64,000 nt of DNA from Anthoceros angustus (lineage: Eukaryota > Plantae > Anthocerotophyta). The notes under the pieces are model-generated. The model was not told the DNA's origin. It was given only the letters and a program-made list of their open reading frames with translations, and ran no database searches. The position numbers and the translations under genes are program-made. Shown here in pieces: positions 38,011 through 50,656 of the stretch (its first letter is position 1; every line of letters starts with the position of its first letter). The stretch lies in assembly GCA_010909165.1 (NCBI GenBank), contig VJWM01000118.1, positions 1-64,000 on the forward strand. The letters run 5' to 3'.

Positions 38011-41000
38011 TTTCCAAGACAAGTGGCTCAATCCAATCCGACTCATTGGTAGCTAGAGCATCGTAGTCTTGTCTCACCAATAATCGGCTTTTTTCTCTGC
38101 ATGGGTAATGCATGAACCGGTGATGTAAAGGAAGCAACCGATGCGTCCTATTCCCACCTCCTCAAGAGAAAATAAAGGCACATGCACCCGGCTTGTGTAG
38201 CAATCCGACTCCTCACGTCATGGAAGACAAACGACAGGTTCACCTCCTTGATCTCGGGTGACTCACGTCCGGATATGGGTGGCAAATGATCCGAACCACG
38301 CAATGGCGGAATGGGCCAAAGGTACAAGTGGCAAATGACTTAGGCATGACTTTAGCTTGCTGCAACGATACATTCTGCGTGGGCCAGAACCTGCTGTCAT
38401 GCACGGCTCGACCTAACCAAGAGCAAGGTAACTCTGCTAGCATACCGGGTGTGTGCACAGCGTGCTCTTGCTCCAGCATTTTCTTCGTCTCAGCCATCTT
38501 GTGAGCCATGCAAACATGATAAGGATCTCCATAATCTTCTCCCACACGTACATGCTCACCAGCAAATTATTATACGCCACCTGCAAGGCTTGCTGATAAG
38601 CAGGATTAGGAGTCACAGATGTAGCCAGCAATGCAGCTGCATGTGTCTCATATAGATCGAGAGCCTCATCTGCCATGTAACCAAGCAGTTGCTCAAACAT
38701 GTAACGATCTGTAAAAGCTATGCCATGCTTGAATTTCACACGGCTAGTAAGGAAGTTGAAATAGAGCCTGAAATCACGCAAAGTCTGCGTACTGGTCTAC
38801 CAGTATAAACTTTGGGTGAAGAGAACCAGACGCCATGATTTCGAGTCACCGATTCCGCAGAAGAACCGAGCTCGACCGCTAGCCGTGATCTCACCTAATG
38901 GTGACCAGCCAACCAGATACGGCTGTTGAAGATGTCTCTTCAAGAACAAGCGATCCGCCGCTTGTAGGTCTTCCACCGGATGCTCACTCACGTAATCGAT
39001 CGATTTTGTCCACTCTTTTGCGAGGTGTGCGAGCCATGCAAACATGATAAGGATCTCCATAATCTTCTCCCACACGACATGCTCACCAAAGAATTATTAT
39101 ACGCCACCGCAAGGCTTGGCCGATAAGGTGATTAGGAGTCACAGATGTAGCCAAGAATGCACTGCATGTGTCTCATATAGATCGAGAGCCTCATCTCGCC
39201 ATGTAACCAATTGCTCAAACATGTAACGATCTCAGAAAAGCTATGCCATGCTTGAATTTCACACTGCTAGTAAGGAAGTTGAAATAGAGCCCGAATCACG
39301 CAAAGTCTGCGTACTGGTCTACCAGTATAAACTTTGGGTGAAGAGAACCAGACGCCATGATTTCGAGTCACCGATTCCGCAGAAGAACCGAGCTCGACCG
39401 CTAGCCGTGATCTCACCTAATGGTGACCAGCCAACAGATACGGTGCTGTTGAAGATGTCTCTTCAAGAACAAGCGATCCGCCGCTTGGTCGTAGGTCTTC
39501 CACCGGATGCTCACTCACGTAATCGATCGATTTTGTCCACTCTTTTGCGAGGTGTGCGAGCCATGCAAACATGATAAGGATCTCCATAATCTTCTCCCAC
39601 ACGACATGCTCACCAAAGAATTATTATACGCCACCGCAAGGCTTGGCCGATAAGGTGATTAGGAGTCACAGATGTAGCCAAGAATGCACTGCATGTGTCT
39701 CATATAGATCGAGAGCCTCATCTCGCCATGTAACCAATTGCTCAAACATGTAACGATCTCAGAAAAGCTATGCCATGCTTGAATTTCACACTGCTAGTAA
39801 GGAAGTTGAAATAGAGCCCGAATCACGCAAAGTCTCATGCATCAGTCTACCGAAAACTTATCCGACGGCTGGAAGAGAACCAGACGCCATGATTTCTAGT
39901 CACCGATTCGCAGAAGAATCGCACCGCTAGTGATCTCACCTAATGGTGACCAGCCAACCAGATACGGCTGTTGAAGATGTCTCTTCAAGAACAAGCGATC
40001 CGCCGCTTGGTCAGAGGTCTTCCACCGGATGCTCACTCACGTAATCGATCGATTTTGTCGCCCGCCTCTTTTGCGAGGTGTGCGAGCCACATGCTTGAGC
40101 ACCCTCCTTGAACGTAATTGGTAACAAGGTGCCTCATCACTCCGCTCATCCGGCGCATCCGTCATGCACACAACAGCAACAATGATCAGAAACCGATTTC
40201 ATCCAACAACTTGATTACCACATTCCCGTTTCACGCACATCGAATCCGGACCCTAATTCAAGGCTTTCTCAAGACCCGTAACAAGGTCCTCAGCAGCTTG
40301 ACATCAAGGTGACAGACATGCTGATTGGCGACTATTTTTAGTGCAGGTTCCTTAGCAAAGCTATTTGGTCTTCTAATCTTTGTTTGATCTACTTTCTTTG
40401 CTTTTACGCTCTCCCAAATGTCACTTCATTCATGTTCTTGATTCATGTTCAAGCATCATAGCCTCACGGCTGCATACGCCTAATGATCTATAAAGAAATA
40501 AATATAATAGTAATGAAAATAGTACTTAAAATACTAAAAATTTATATAAAATAGAAAATAAATCATATACAAAAAAGAAATAGAACATATATTTAAAATA
40601 AAACTGATATGTCACTTCAAGTTACTTGAAATAATATTTACTGGAATCTAATAGTATTTGCTACCTTTGGTGTCAGTTACTCTTATAATTCTTTTGCAAA
40701 ACTGGTCTTATTCATGAAGTTTATATGAGAATTCTCCTTATGATCCTTCTGCAAAACTGGTCTTATTCATGAAGTTTATGCGAATTTACATTGCAAAGTT
40801 TTACTTCTTCCTCTCAAATCCAAGAAAGACTTGTCACGCTTTACTTCTTTCTCTCAAATCCATAAAAGACTTGTCATATTTACTGCTCTTTTATGTGTGC
40901 TTTGTTTTTAGTATCTAGTATTCCCTTTATCATCTAATGGTAGGCGCGAGAGCTTAACGAACAAGAGACGTATTAGGAAATATGAATATGACGAGACCAA

Positions 41001-41094
41001 GGGGGACCACCATCTAAGCCTAAGTATTTCTCAGTGACCAATAGCGTACAAGTATCGTGAGGGAAAGGTGAAAACAACCCTAGGAAAGGGAGTG
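41001..41094 (+). pseudogene. rrn26: Mitochondrial-type rrn26 fragment, copy 3
   Basis: Homologous to 1198-1291. Confidence 0.75.
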
Positions 41095-41343
41095 TTACTT
41101 AGAGTTACTTAAAATAGTATTTACTTAGATTAATATTACATATAGTCGTTAAAATAGCATTTAAAATACTTAGTACTTGAAATAGTCGTTACTTGATTAA
41201 AGCTACCCATCTAAAAATGCCAATAAATCCCTTTTAAATAGGACTTCCCGCCATCGAAGTTTGTATAAACTTTTTTCTTAGTTACGTAACAAATAAACAA
41301 GGATATAGATACGTTTGCACAAGAAGACGAAAGTCTGTTCAGC

Positions 41344-42151
41344 ATGAGTCATGCTTCAATGTCACTTGTAGCTTATTTGGCGCATCTTAGGGCGAGAGTG
41401 ATGGAGTTTGAGGAGGATCGGGCGGACATTGGATCGAATTACGAGGAGGGTGAGCCTACGGAGGAGGAAGAGTACGAGGAGGAGGACCACACGCTAGAGA
41501 GTAGTGAAGGGTCCTTCGAGGATGATTACTACGTTACTCGGTGGATCATGATTGGAAGCATACTGCCACCTTCTCGCTCGCACCCTATCAACATCTAGAG
41601 GACATGGAAAAGGTACACATATATCAAGAGTCCATGGAACACTCTTATGCCCGCTTGTTTCCTATAGATTGTGTAGAACAACTCTTAGGTCGGGCCTCGT
41701 TCTAATCAATTCTACACCAAACCTCCTCTTGCGGTATATTGTCCCCAAATCCCTAGGATGTAGACCGATACGTGGGAGTTATGGTGCTCGGGCATCCACC
41801 AAGAAGAGGGCTGGATTTGGTTTATTGCCGAGACAACCCATCGGGAAATCGCATTCTCAGAGCCAAAGCCTCCTACATGTCTCATCTATTGAGGCGGAGT
41901 ATGAGGCACTCTCAGTTTAAGCAAGGCTCTCCAGCTCAACGCATTGAAGCTTAAAGCTCATGCCGATGATGAATTTGTAGTCCGGAGCTTGCGGGAGGGG
42001 CGTACAGTTCAAACTCAAAGATCCTTTGGGATCTACATATTGCGCCTTGGTCCGACTTAGGTTTTCAAGTCCTTTGAGATCAAGCAAGTTAGTCCTTACG
42101 TAGGGGTTGAAGCAAAGGCGCACTATCTTGCACTGTGCTATTATATCTTAA
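41344..42151 (+). pseudogene. RNase H1-like gene, copy R7
   Basis: MSHASMSLVAYLAHLRARVMEFEED..EEEEYEEE; ..VSSIEAEYEAL. Confidence 0.75.
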
Positions 42152-42382
42152 GTGAGGTATCCAGTATGCGTGACCTCAAAGAGATGGTGTACCAAAGTGC
42201 GAGATGTAATGCGAGAAGTTGTAGCGTTGTCCTTAGAGTTATTGTCGCTTAGCTATGAACAATGTCTAGGTAGAAATGGTTTGTCCACATAAAAGGGAAT
42301 ATGTCCTAAATCGGGTTTTTGAGGGATTTTCTAATTGAAAAGTAGTGTTCACAAGCGGTGCCACAACTTGCATGTAACCACT

Positions 42383-42524
42383 TAGGTGTAGAAACCCTAT
42401 AGTGTAGAAACCCCATATAGGTGTAGAAACCCTATATAGTGTAGAAACCCTATATAGTGTAGAAACCCTATATAGGTGTAGAAACCCTATATAGGTGTAG
42501 AAACCCTATATAGGTGTAGAAACC
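42383..42524. repeat. 19-bp telo-box minisatellite
   Basis: Direct reading. Confidence 0.95.
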
Positions 42525-43087
42525 TGGATGTTGCCTACTGAGACAATTTTCATTCTGCAATAATATTATGCTTGCTTGGATATCCTTTTTTGCCTAATGC
42601 CTTTTGTGCCTAATTCTTTTATGGATGATTGGGAACATGTCCAGATCACACTTGTTCCTTCCAATGCCTCTCCTCTCTTACTTTTGTATTGACGCAGGGG
42701 GCGACAAGTGCGTTGGATCCGTTTCCTCTTTTTTACAATTTCTGAGACAAGGCTTTAACTTTGAACCCGTCATGATGGGAAGAAGATCTTTCTCTATCGT
42801 GTGTGTGCATTGTATACATGAGCGATGAGTTAATGCTTGACTAGTATTGTTGGACATGGTTACACAACTATTTAGACTATTTCATCAAAAGCTTAGCATT
42901 TTGTTGAAAAAGTAAGGAGGTGAACCCATCTACCATAAAAGACATCTTAGTAAGAAGAAGCAATTGAGCTCAATGTTTGTGCTTAATGGTCCATAGTGGA
43001 TTTTTCTTCTTCTAAAAGCACTTGCAGCATGTTGGTTGTCATCACTCGCTTGTCACCAAACATTGAAAGAGTTGTTTTATCCAAATT

Positions 43088-43265
43088 GTAGTCCGGAGCT
43101 ATGGAGGGCAAGTACCTCGGACACAAAACTCAAAAGATCCTTTGGGATCTACATATTGCGCCTTGGTCCGACTTAGGTTTTCAAGTCCTTTGAGATCAAG
43201 CAAGTTAGTCCTTACGAGGGGTTGAAGCAAAGGCGCACTATCTTGCACCTGCTATTATATCTTAA
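43088..43265 (+). pseudogene. 3' fragment of RNase H1-like gene (local re-duplication)
   Basis: Sequence jumps at aa(t)ttgtagt back into the gene's 3' end. Confidence 0.65.
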
Positions 43266-43494
43266 GTGAGGTATCCCAACTGGCGTGACCTCAAAAGAGA
43301 TGGTGTACCGATTTCGAGATGTAATGCGAGAAGTTGTAGCGTTGTCCTTAGAGTTATTGTCGCTTAGCTATGAACAATGTCTAGGTAGAAATGGTTTGTC
43401 CACATAAAAGGGAATATGTCCTAAATCGGGTTTTTGAGGGATTTTCTAATTGAAAAAGTAGTGTTCACAAGCGGTGCCACAACTTGCAACCACT

Positions 43495-43640
43495 TAGGTG
43501 TAGAAACCCTATATAGGTGTAGAAACCCTATATAGGTGTAGAAACCCTATATAGTGTAGAAACCCTATATAGGTGTAGAAACCCTATATAGGTGTAGAAA
43601 CCTTATATAGGTGTAGAAACCCTATATAGGTGTAGAAACC
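43495..43640. repeat. 19-bp telo-box minisatellite
   Basis: Direct reading. Confidence 0.95.
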
Positions 43641-45417
43641 TGGATGTTGCTCACTACAGACAATTTTCATTCTGCAATAATATTATGCTTGCTTGGATAT
43701 CCTTTTTTGCCTAATGCCTTTTGTGCCTAATTCTTTTATGGATGATTGGGAACATGTCCAGATCACACTTGTTCCTTCCAATGCCTCTCCTCTCTTACTT
43801 TTGTATTGACTAGGCGTGCGTTGGATCCGCTTCTCTTTTACAATTTCGAGACAAGGCTTTAACTTTGAACCCGTCATGATGGGAAGAAGATCTTTCTATC
43901 GTGTGTGTGCATTGTATACATGAGCGATGAGTTAATGCTTGACTAGTATTGTTGGACATGGTTACACAACTATTTAGACTATTTCATCAAAAGCTTAGCA
44001 TTTTGTTGAAAAAGTAAGGAGGGTGAACCCATCTACCATAAAAGACATCTTAGTAAGAAGAAGCAATTGAGCTCAATGTTTGTGCTTAATGGTCCATAGT
44101 GGATTTTTCTTCTTCTAAAAGCACTTGCAGCATGTTGGTTGTCATCACTCGCTTGTCACTACCTAAACATTGAAAGAGTTGTTTTATCCAACAGTAATTC
44201 TTTGGAGTCTTGAATATATCAAGAATAAAGAAGCCCAATAAATATGTACAATTGTCTTCACAGGGCTACATATGAGAGAAGGCTATGCTCATGAGGGGCA
44301 AAGCACGGGACTGGACTTTGGATTTCTCCCATGGGCTAGAATTACAGAACACACACAGCCAAAAAGGAGACTTGATGGAAACTTCCTTATTGCTCATAGA
44401 AAAACACATATAACAGTCACGACCATGCATGAATAGTGAACCCCGGGATGCAGCCATAGACACAAAATTACAAGCCTCGGTAGCCGATTAGGGGAAGTTG
44501 AGTAGCGATAGTTCCTCTCCCTTAATTGCACCTTTCACCAAAATACTCAAAGGGATTGAAAGATCCGCATAACATAGATTACTATGAGGTGACTTCAACA
44601 AATCTTGTAAGGATGAGTTTGGTTAGGGGAAGTTGAGTAGTGTTTTCTCTTCCTTAATTGCATCTTTCTTGCAAAATACTCAAAAGAGATTGAAAGATCT
44701 GACATAGCATAGATATTACTTTGGGGCTAGCTTCAACAAATCTTGTAAGGGATGAGTTTGGTAGCTATTGTGAGGAAATATTACCGTAGTAGTGTCTGTC
44801 TGAGACATTGTGGACTAGCCCGTGAGTATTCGAAATCAACAGGCTGCATCCAGAGTTCGATTAGTAGAGAGCCTCTACAATGGTTCGTCGTATATATAAT
44901 ATATATATATATATAATTATAACTACAAAGGTAAGGAGTAAATAATGAAGAACAATAATAGCAATATTATATGTAAAATAAAACTTATATGTAGAATAGA
45001 GTAGACGTTATTAATAGACGAGATGGGAAACTTATATGTTACTTAAAGTTACTTGAAATAGTACATACTAAGATCAATATTACATACAGTAGTTAAAATA
45101 GCACTTAAAATATTTCATACTTGTACAATAATAGGAATCATATATATTCAAAATACAACTTATATGTTACTTAAAATAGTATTTACTTAGATTAATATTA
45201 TATATAGTAGTTAACTTGTACTTAAAATACTTAGTGCTTAAAATAGTCGTTACTTGATAAAAGCTACCTTTCTAAAAATGCCAATTCATCCCTTTAAATA
45301 CGACTTCCGTGATCAAATATTGTAAAATCTTTTATTAGTTACATAACTAATAAATGGAAATACAAACACGCTTTGAACTTCCAACTCGAGAGCCAAGAAG
45401 ACGCAAGTCTGCTCACC

Positions 45418-46229
45418 ATGAATCATGCTTCATCGTCATTTGTAGCTTATTTGGCGCATCTCGGGCAAGAGTGATGGAGTTTGAGGAGGATCGACCGCGA
45501 TGGACATTGATGAGTACGAGGAGGTGAGCCTACGGAGGAGGAAGAGTACGAGGAGGAGGGCGACCACACGCCGAGAGTAGTGAAGGGTCCTTGAGGATGA
45601 TTACTACGTTCGTGCAGTGGATCATGATTGGAAGCATACTCGTCACCACGCTTTTGCACCCTATCAACATCTAGAGGACATGGAAAAGGTACACATATAT
45701 CAAGAGTCCATGGAACACTCTTATGCCCGCTTGTTTCCTATAGATTGTGTAGAACAACTCTTAATTTGCTGTTTCTAATCAATTCTACACCAAACCTCCT
45801 CTTGCGGTATATTGTCCCCAAATCCCTAGGACGGAGGCCGATACGTGGGAGTTATGGTGCTGGGGCATCCACCAAGAAGAGGGCTGGATTTGGTTTATTC
45901 TTTGAGACAACCTCTGGGAAATCGCATTCTCAGAGCCAAAGCCTCCTACATGTCTCATCTATTGAGGCGGAGTATGAGGCACTCCTCGCAGTTTAAGCAA
46001 GGCTCTCCAGCTCAATGCATTGAAGCTTAAAGCTCATGCCGATGGCAATTTGTAGTCCGGAGCTTGCGGGCGCGAAGTACCGGACACAAAACTCAAAGAT
46101 CCTTTGGGATCTACATATTGCGATCTTGGTCCGACTTAGGTTTTTCAAGTCCTTTGAGATCAAGCAGTTAGTCCTTACGAGGGGTTGAAGCAAAGGCGCA
46201 CTATCTCGCACTCAGCAATTATATCTTAA
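45418..46229 (+). pseudogene. RNase H1-like gene, copy R8
   Basis: ..GASTKKRAGFGLFFETTSGKSHSQSQSLLHVSSIEAEYEALLA. Confidence 0.75.
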
Positions 46230-46705
46230 GTGAGCTATCCCAACTATGTGTGACCTCAAAGAGATGGTGTACCAAGACTTTCGAGATGCGAATCACGAGA
46301 AGTTGTAGCGTTGTCCTTAGAGTTATTGTCGCTCATTACTGAGCAATGTCTAGGTAGAAATGGTTTGTCCACATAAAAGGGAATACGTCCGGAAATTGGG
46401 TTTTGAGGATTTTCTAATTGAAAAGTAGTGTTCTGGCCGTGCCACAACTTATATGTTACTTAAAATAGTATTTACTTAGATTAATATTATATATAGTAGT
46501 TAACTTGTACTTAAAATACTTAGTGCTTAAAATAGTCACTTGATAAAAGCTACCTTTCTAAAAATGCCAATTCATCCCTTTAAATACGACTTCCGTGATC
46601 AAATATTGTAAAATCTTTTATTAGTTACATAACTAATAAATGGAAATACAAACACGCTTTGAACTTCCAACTTCCGAGAGCCAAGAAGACGCAAGTCCGC
46701 TCACC

Positions 46706-47516
46706 ATGAATCATGCTTCATCGTCATTTGTAGCTTATTTTGGCGATCTCGGGCAAGAGTGATGGAGTTTGAGGAGGATCAGACCGCGATGGACATTGAT
46801 CAGAATTACGAGGAGGGTGAGCCTACGGAGGAGGAAGAGTACGAGGAGGAGGACGACCACACGCCGAGAGTAGTGAAGGGTCCTTCGAGGATGATTACTA
46901 CGTTCGTGCAGTGGATCATGATTGGAAGCATACTCGTCACCTTCTGCTTTCTGCACCCTATCAACATCTAGAGGACATGGAAAAGGTACACATATATCAA
47001 GAGTCCATGGAACACTCTTATGCCCGCTTGTTTCCTATAGATTGTGTAGAACAACTCTTAGGGCCTGTTTAATCAATTCTACACCAAACCTCCTCTTGCG
47101 TATATTGTCCCCAAATCCCTAGACGATACGTGGGAGTTATGGTGCTCGGGGCATCCACCAAGAAGAGGGCTGGATTTGGTTTATTCCGAGACAACCTCTG
47201 GGAAATCGCATTCTCGCAGAGCCAAAGCCTCCTACATGTCTCATCTATTGAGGCGGAGTATGAGGCACTCCTCGCAGTTTAAGCAAGGCTCTCCAGCTCA
47301 ATGCATTGAAGCTTAAAGCTCATGCCGATGACGAATTTGTAGTCCGGAGCTATGGGAGGGCGCGAAGTACCGGACACAAAACTCAAAGATCCTTTGGGAT
47401 CTACATATTGCGCCTTGGTCCGACTTAGGTTTTTCAAGTCCTTTGAGATCAAGTTAGTCCTTACGAGGGGTTGAAGCAAAGGCGCACTATCTCGCACCTG
47501 TGCAATTATATCTTAA
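46706..47516 (+). pseudogene. RNase H1-like gene, copy R9
   Basis: Homologous to R8; preceded by a jump at ~46447. Confidence 0.75.
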
Positions 47517-49827
47517 GTGAGCTATCCCAACTATGTGTGACCTCAAAGAGATGGTGTGCTTTCGAGACAATGCGAGAAGTTGTAGCGTTGTCCTTAGAGT
47601 TATTGTCGCCCTATGAGCAATGTCTAGGTAGAAATGGTTTGTCCACATAAAAGGGAATACGTCCGAAATTGGGTTTTGAGGATTTTCTAATTGAAAAGTA
47701 GTGTTCACAAGCCACAACCAAGTAACCACTTAATCCTTATGTGTTGTATCCATGGGGGCCACACAAGCATTTACGCTTGAAAATGGATGACATCTTGAGT
47801 GCACAAACTTGTTTGTGCACTCATATTAGTTATGCATATTAAATGCTTGATATTTTTAAACGAGGACACTTTATAAGGTTTTAGGGTTAATGGAAAAACT
47901 CTTGTTTTGGTAACATCTAGCGATCAACGCCAATAGTGCAGCAAGATCGCCTTTGTGGATCTACCCTAAGATCCAAGGATTATCGATTAAGAAACATCCT
48001 TGGAGGTCCAGTGAAATGCAATGCCAAGTTAGTCTCGCTTTGGTCCATTCCATTTATCGTGATCGGATATATCGAGTAGGATGGCTTGTACACTTGATAC
48101 GGTGCTTAGGTAGCTTCGTTTGTTCCTCGCTTTAACTCTAACCGCAGCATACAGTTCCATCTCAAGTCTTTCGCCAAGACAAAAGCATTGATGTCAAATC
48201 CATGTGCACAAACAATAATATGATCAACCTCTAGCAAGGTGCCCAAACGACTTTTTGCTCTCCTAGACATTACTCTTGTTTGCGCATCAATCGGCGAGTG
48301 CCCAAACTTGATTGCGCACTGGACATTTTGACATAACATGGTGCGCAAGCATGACCACTCTAGTGCGCAATGCTTCTTATTTTGGTTGTATTTAGTATGC
48401 TATTTTTAGTAGCAAGTGCGGTTGTGCACTTGCCACAAAATTTTGGCATTTTGTGCTTTTGTTTGTGTTTTTGAGTTTTGTAGTTTTGAAGGGTTCGTTT
48501 GGCGTTTTCAACCCTCCTAAGCCTTCTAAGTACAGTGTGAGATATGTTAACCCATTTGTGCACCTCCTTCCTTCTTGTCCTCATCGTTTTCTACCTTGAA
48601 CAATTCATGACCTCCAAAGATCTTGAGACTTTTGGCGTGGGCCCAGCCACAAGTGCACCCTATCAATCTCATTCTTTGCGGTGCACGTGGAGCAAGAGTC
48701 TCGTCGAATGATATTATCGCTTCCAATGTCTAAGAGACAAGGTCAAGAAAATTTCCCAAAGGGAGAGTAGTGTTAAGACCGGCCGTGCAAGGGAAGATCT
48801 AGAGCGATGCGTAAACTTGTGAATAAATAAGGTCATTCACACGAGCAAGTAAAACAAAATTTTGGAACAAGTATAACATATCATCGAATCTGCTAAACTT
48901 TGAAAACCCTTCTATTTATTCATGAGGGTCACCCGAGAAACCCATTTCTACCAAGACACCCATATGAATCTTTTAGGGTTGTGCAACGTTGTTTTGTGCA
49001 AATGCGTGCAGTGGTGAGCTGCTCAGAGAGAGCTCTTCACAAGCCATTGTTGAAGCAACCGTTGCTCCAATAGTGGCCCGCATAGGTGTGCATAAGTGCA
49101 CTTATGCACACCTCCAAGATTAGAACAGACGAAGTTTGACATTACCGTTTTTGTTGAGATGCGGGCATTGGGCATTGAAAGATTTGACGTAGCATAGATA
49201 TTACTCTGAGGCTAGCTTCAATAAATCTTGTAAGGGATGAGTTTGGTTGCTCTAGATATGTGAGGAAGCTCGACCGTATCTGCTTCGGCAGTGGTTAAGG
49301 TGTCTGCTTGTGACTTTTGCGGACTAGCCCATAAGTGTATGCTGTGTCCAAAGTAGGGAAAGAGCTCCTCTTGTTGTTAAAGTCATCCTTACACACTTCT
49401 CTCAATATTATCCGCGAGTATGAAGAAGTTAGGCTGCACCTTGATACGCCTTCCCACCTGCACAACTCTAGGGAGTTTAAAATAAAAATTATATATTTAT
49501 AATTATAGAAGTAAGAAGTAAATAATAAATTATAATATACAAATAATATATTTAAAATTATAAATATTAACTAAAGTTGTTTACAATATAATTTACTTTT
49601 ATTTATATTCTATATAGTAGTTAAAATAGCACTTAAAATATCTAGTACTTCAAATAGTCGTTACTTGATTGAAGCTATTTATCTAAAAATACTTAAATAT
49701 GACTTCCCGCAATCAAAGTTTATATTATTTTCTGTAACTAATAAACAGGGATATGGATACGTTTGAACGTTTAAACTTCCAGCTTCTCACAGCGAGGAAG
49801 ACGGAAGTATGAGGTAATCTGCTCACC

Positions 49828-50656
49828 ATGAGTCATGCTTCAGCGTCACTTGCAGCTTATTTGACGCATCTCAGGGCGCGAGAGATGGAGTTTGAGGACG
49901 ATTTGACCGCAATGGATATTGATGAGCATTGCGAGGAGGGGGAGCCTACGGAGGAGGAAGAGTACGAGGAGGAGGAGGACACGCCACAGAGCAGTGAAGG
50001 GTCCTTCGAGGACGATTACTCCGCTAGTGCAGTGGATCATGATTGGAAGCATACTCGTCACCTTCTGCTTCGTGCACCCTATCAACATCCGGACGACATG
50101 GAAAAGGTACATGCATATCAATAATCCATGGAACACCCTTATGCCTGCCTGTTACTAGAACAACTCTTGGGCCGGCCTGTTTCTAGTCAATTCTGCACCG
50201 AACCTCCTCTTGCAGGTATTTTGTCCCCAAATCCCTAGGACGGAGACTGATACGTGGGAGCTATGGTGCTCCGGGGCATCCACCAAGAAGAGGGCTGGAT
50301 TCGGTTTCTTGCTGAAACAACCTACAGGAGAAACTGCATTCTCGCAGAGCCAGAGCCTCCGACAGGTCTCATCTACTCAGGCGGAGTACGAGGCACTCCT
50401 CGCAGGCATAAGCAAGGCTCTCCAGCTGAACGCATTGAAGCTTAAAGCTCATGCCGACAACGAGTTCATAGTCCGGAGCTTGCGGGAGGGCGCCGAAGTC
50501 CCGTGGTCACAAAACTCCCAGATCCTTAGGGATCTGCATATTGCAGTCTTGGTCCTAGCTGGCTTCTTCAAGTCCTTCGAGATCGAGCAAGATAGTCCTT
50601 ACGAGGGGGTTGAAGCAGAGGCGCATTATCTCGCACTCCAGGCCATTAAATGCTAA
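49828..50656 (+). CDS. Acidic-N-terminus RNase H1-like protein (RVT_3 / archaeal-type RNase H fold), best-preserved copy R10; one internal TAA and one apparent frameshift
   Basis: ORF 49828-50124 plus ORF 50210-50656: TWELWCSGASTKKRAGFGFLLKQPTG..SSTQAEYEALLAGISKALQLNALKLKAHADNEFIVRSLREG..FFKSFEIEQDSPYEGVEAEAHYLALQA follows the RNase HI pattern W.L..DGAS..AG.G..P.G..AEY.AL..GL..A..L.V..DS..VV..F..F.I..AD.LA. Confidence 0.8.

Larger units (their letters stand above)
19526..40330. repeat. Segmental tandem unit 2 (~21 kb)
   Basis: Colinear with unit 1, with extra internal duplications inside the Gypsy element. Confidence 0.9.
32510..40330 (-). mobile_element. Ty3/Gypsy LTR retrotransposon with C5-DNA methyltransferase and PHD finger, copy 2
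   Basis: gag-like (RLYFNFLTSRVKFKHGIAFTDRYMFEQLLGYM), protease (VLFDTGAQPVIIG), DNMT plus RT N-terminus inverted, RT ([13 protein letters not shown]), RNase H ([19 protein letters not shown]), integrase zinc finger (H..MGHFG..C..CD) and core, PHD. Confidence 0.95.

Noticed and set aside
1584-47729. Numerous short minus-strand ORFs over the RNase H-like copies (e.g. MRDSAPLLQPLVRTN..)
   Set aside because: Antisense shadows of the frameshifted plus-strand gene.
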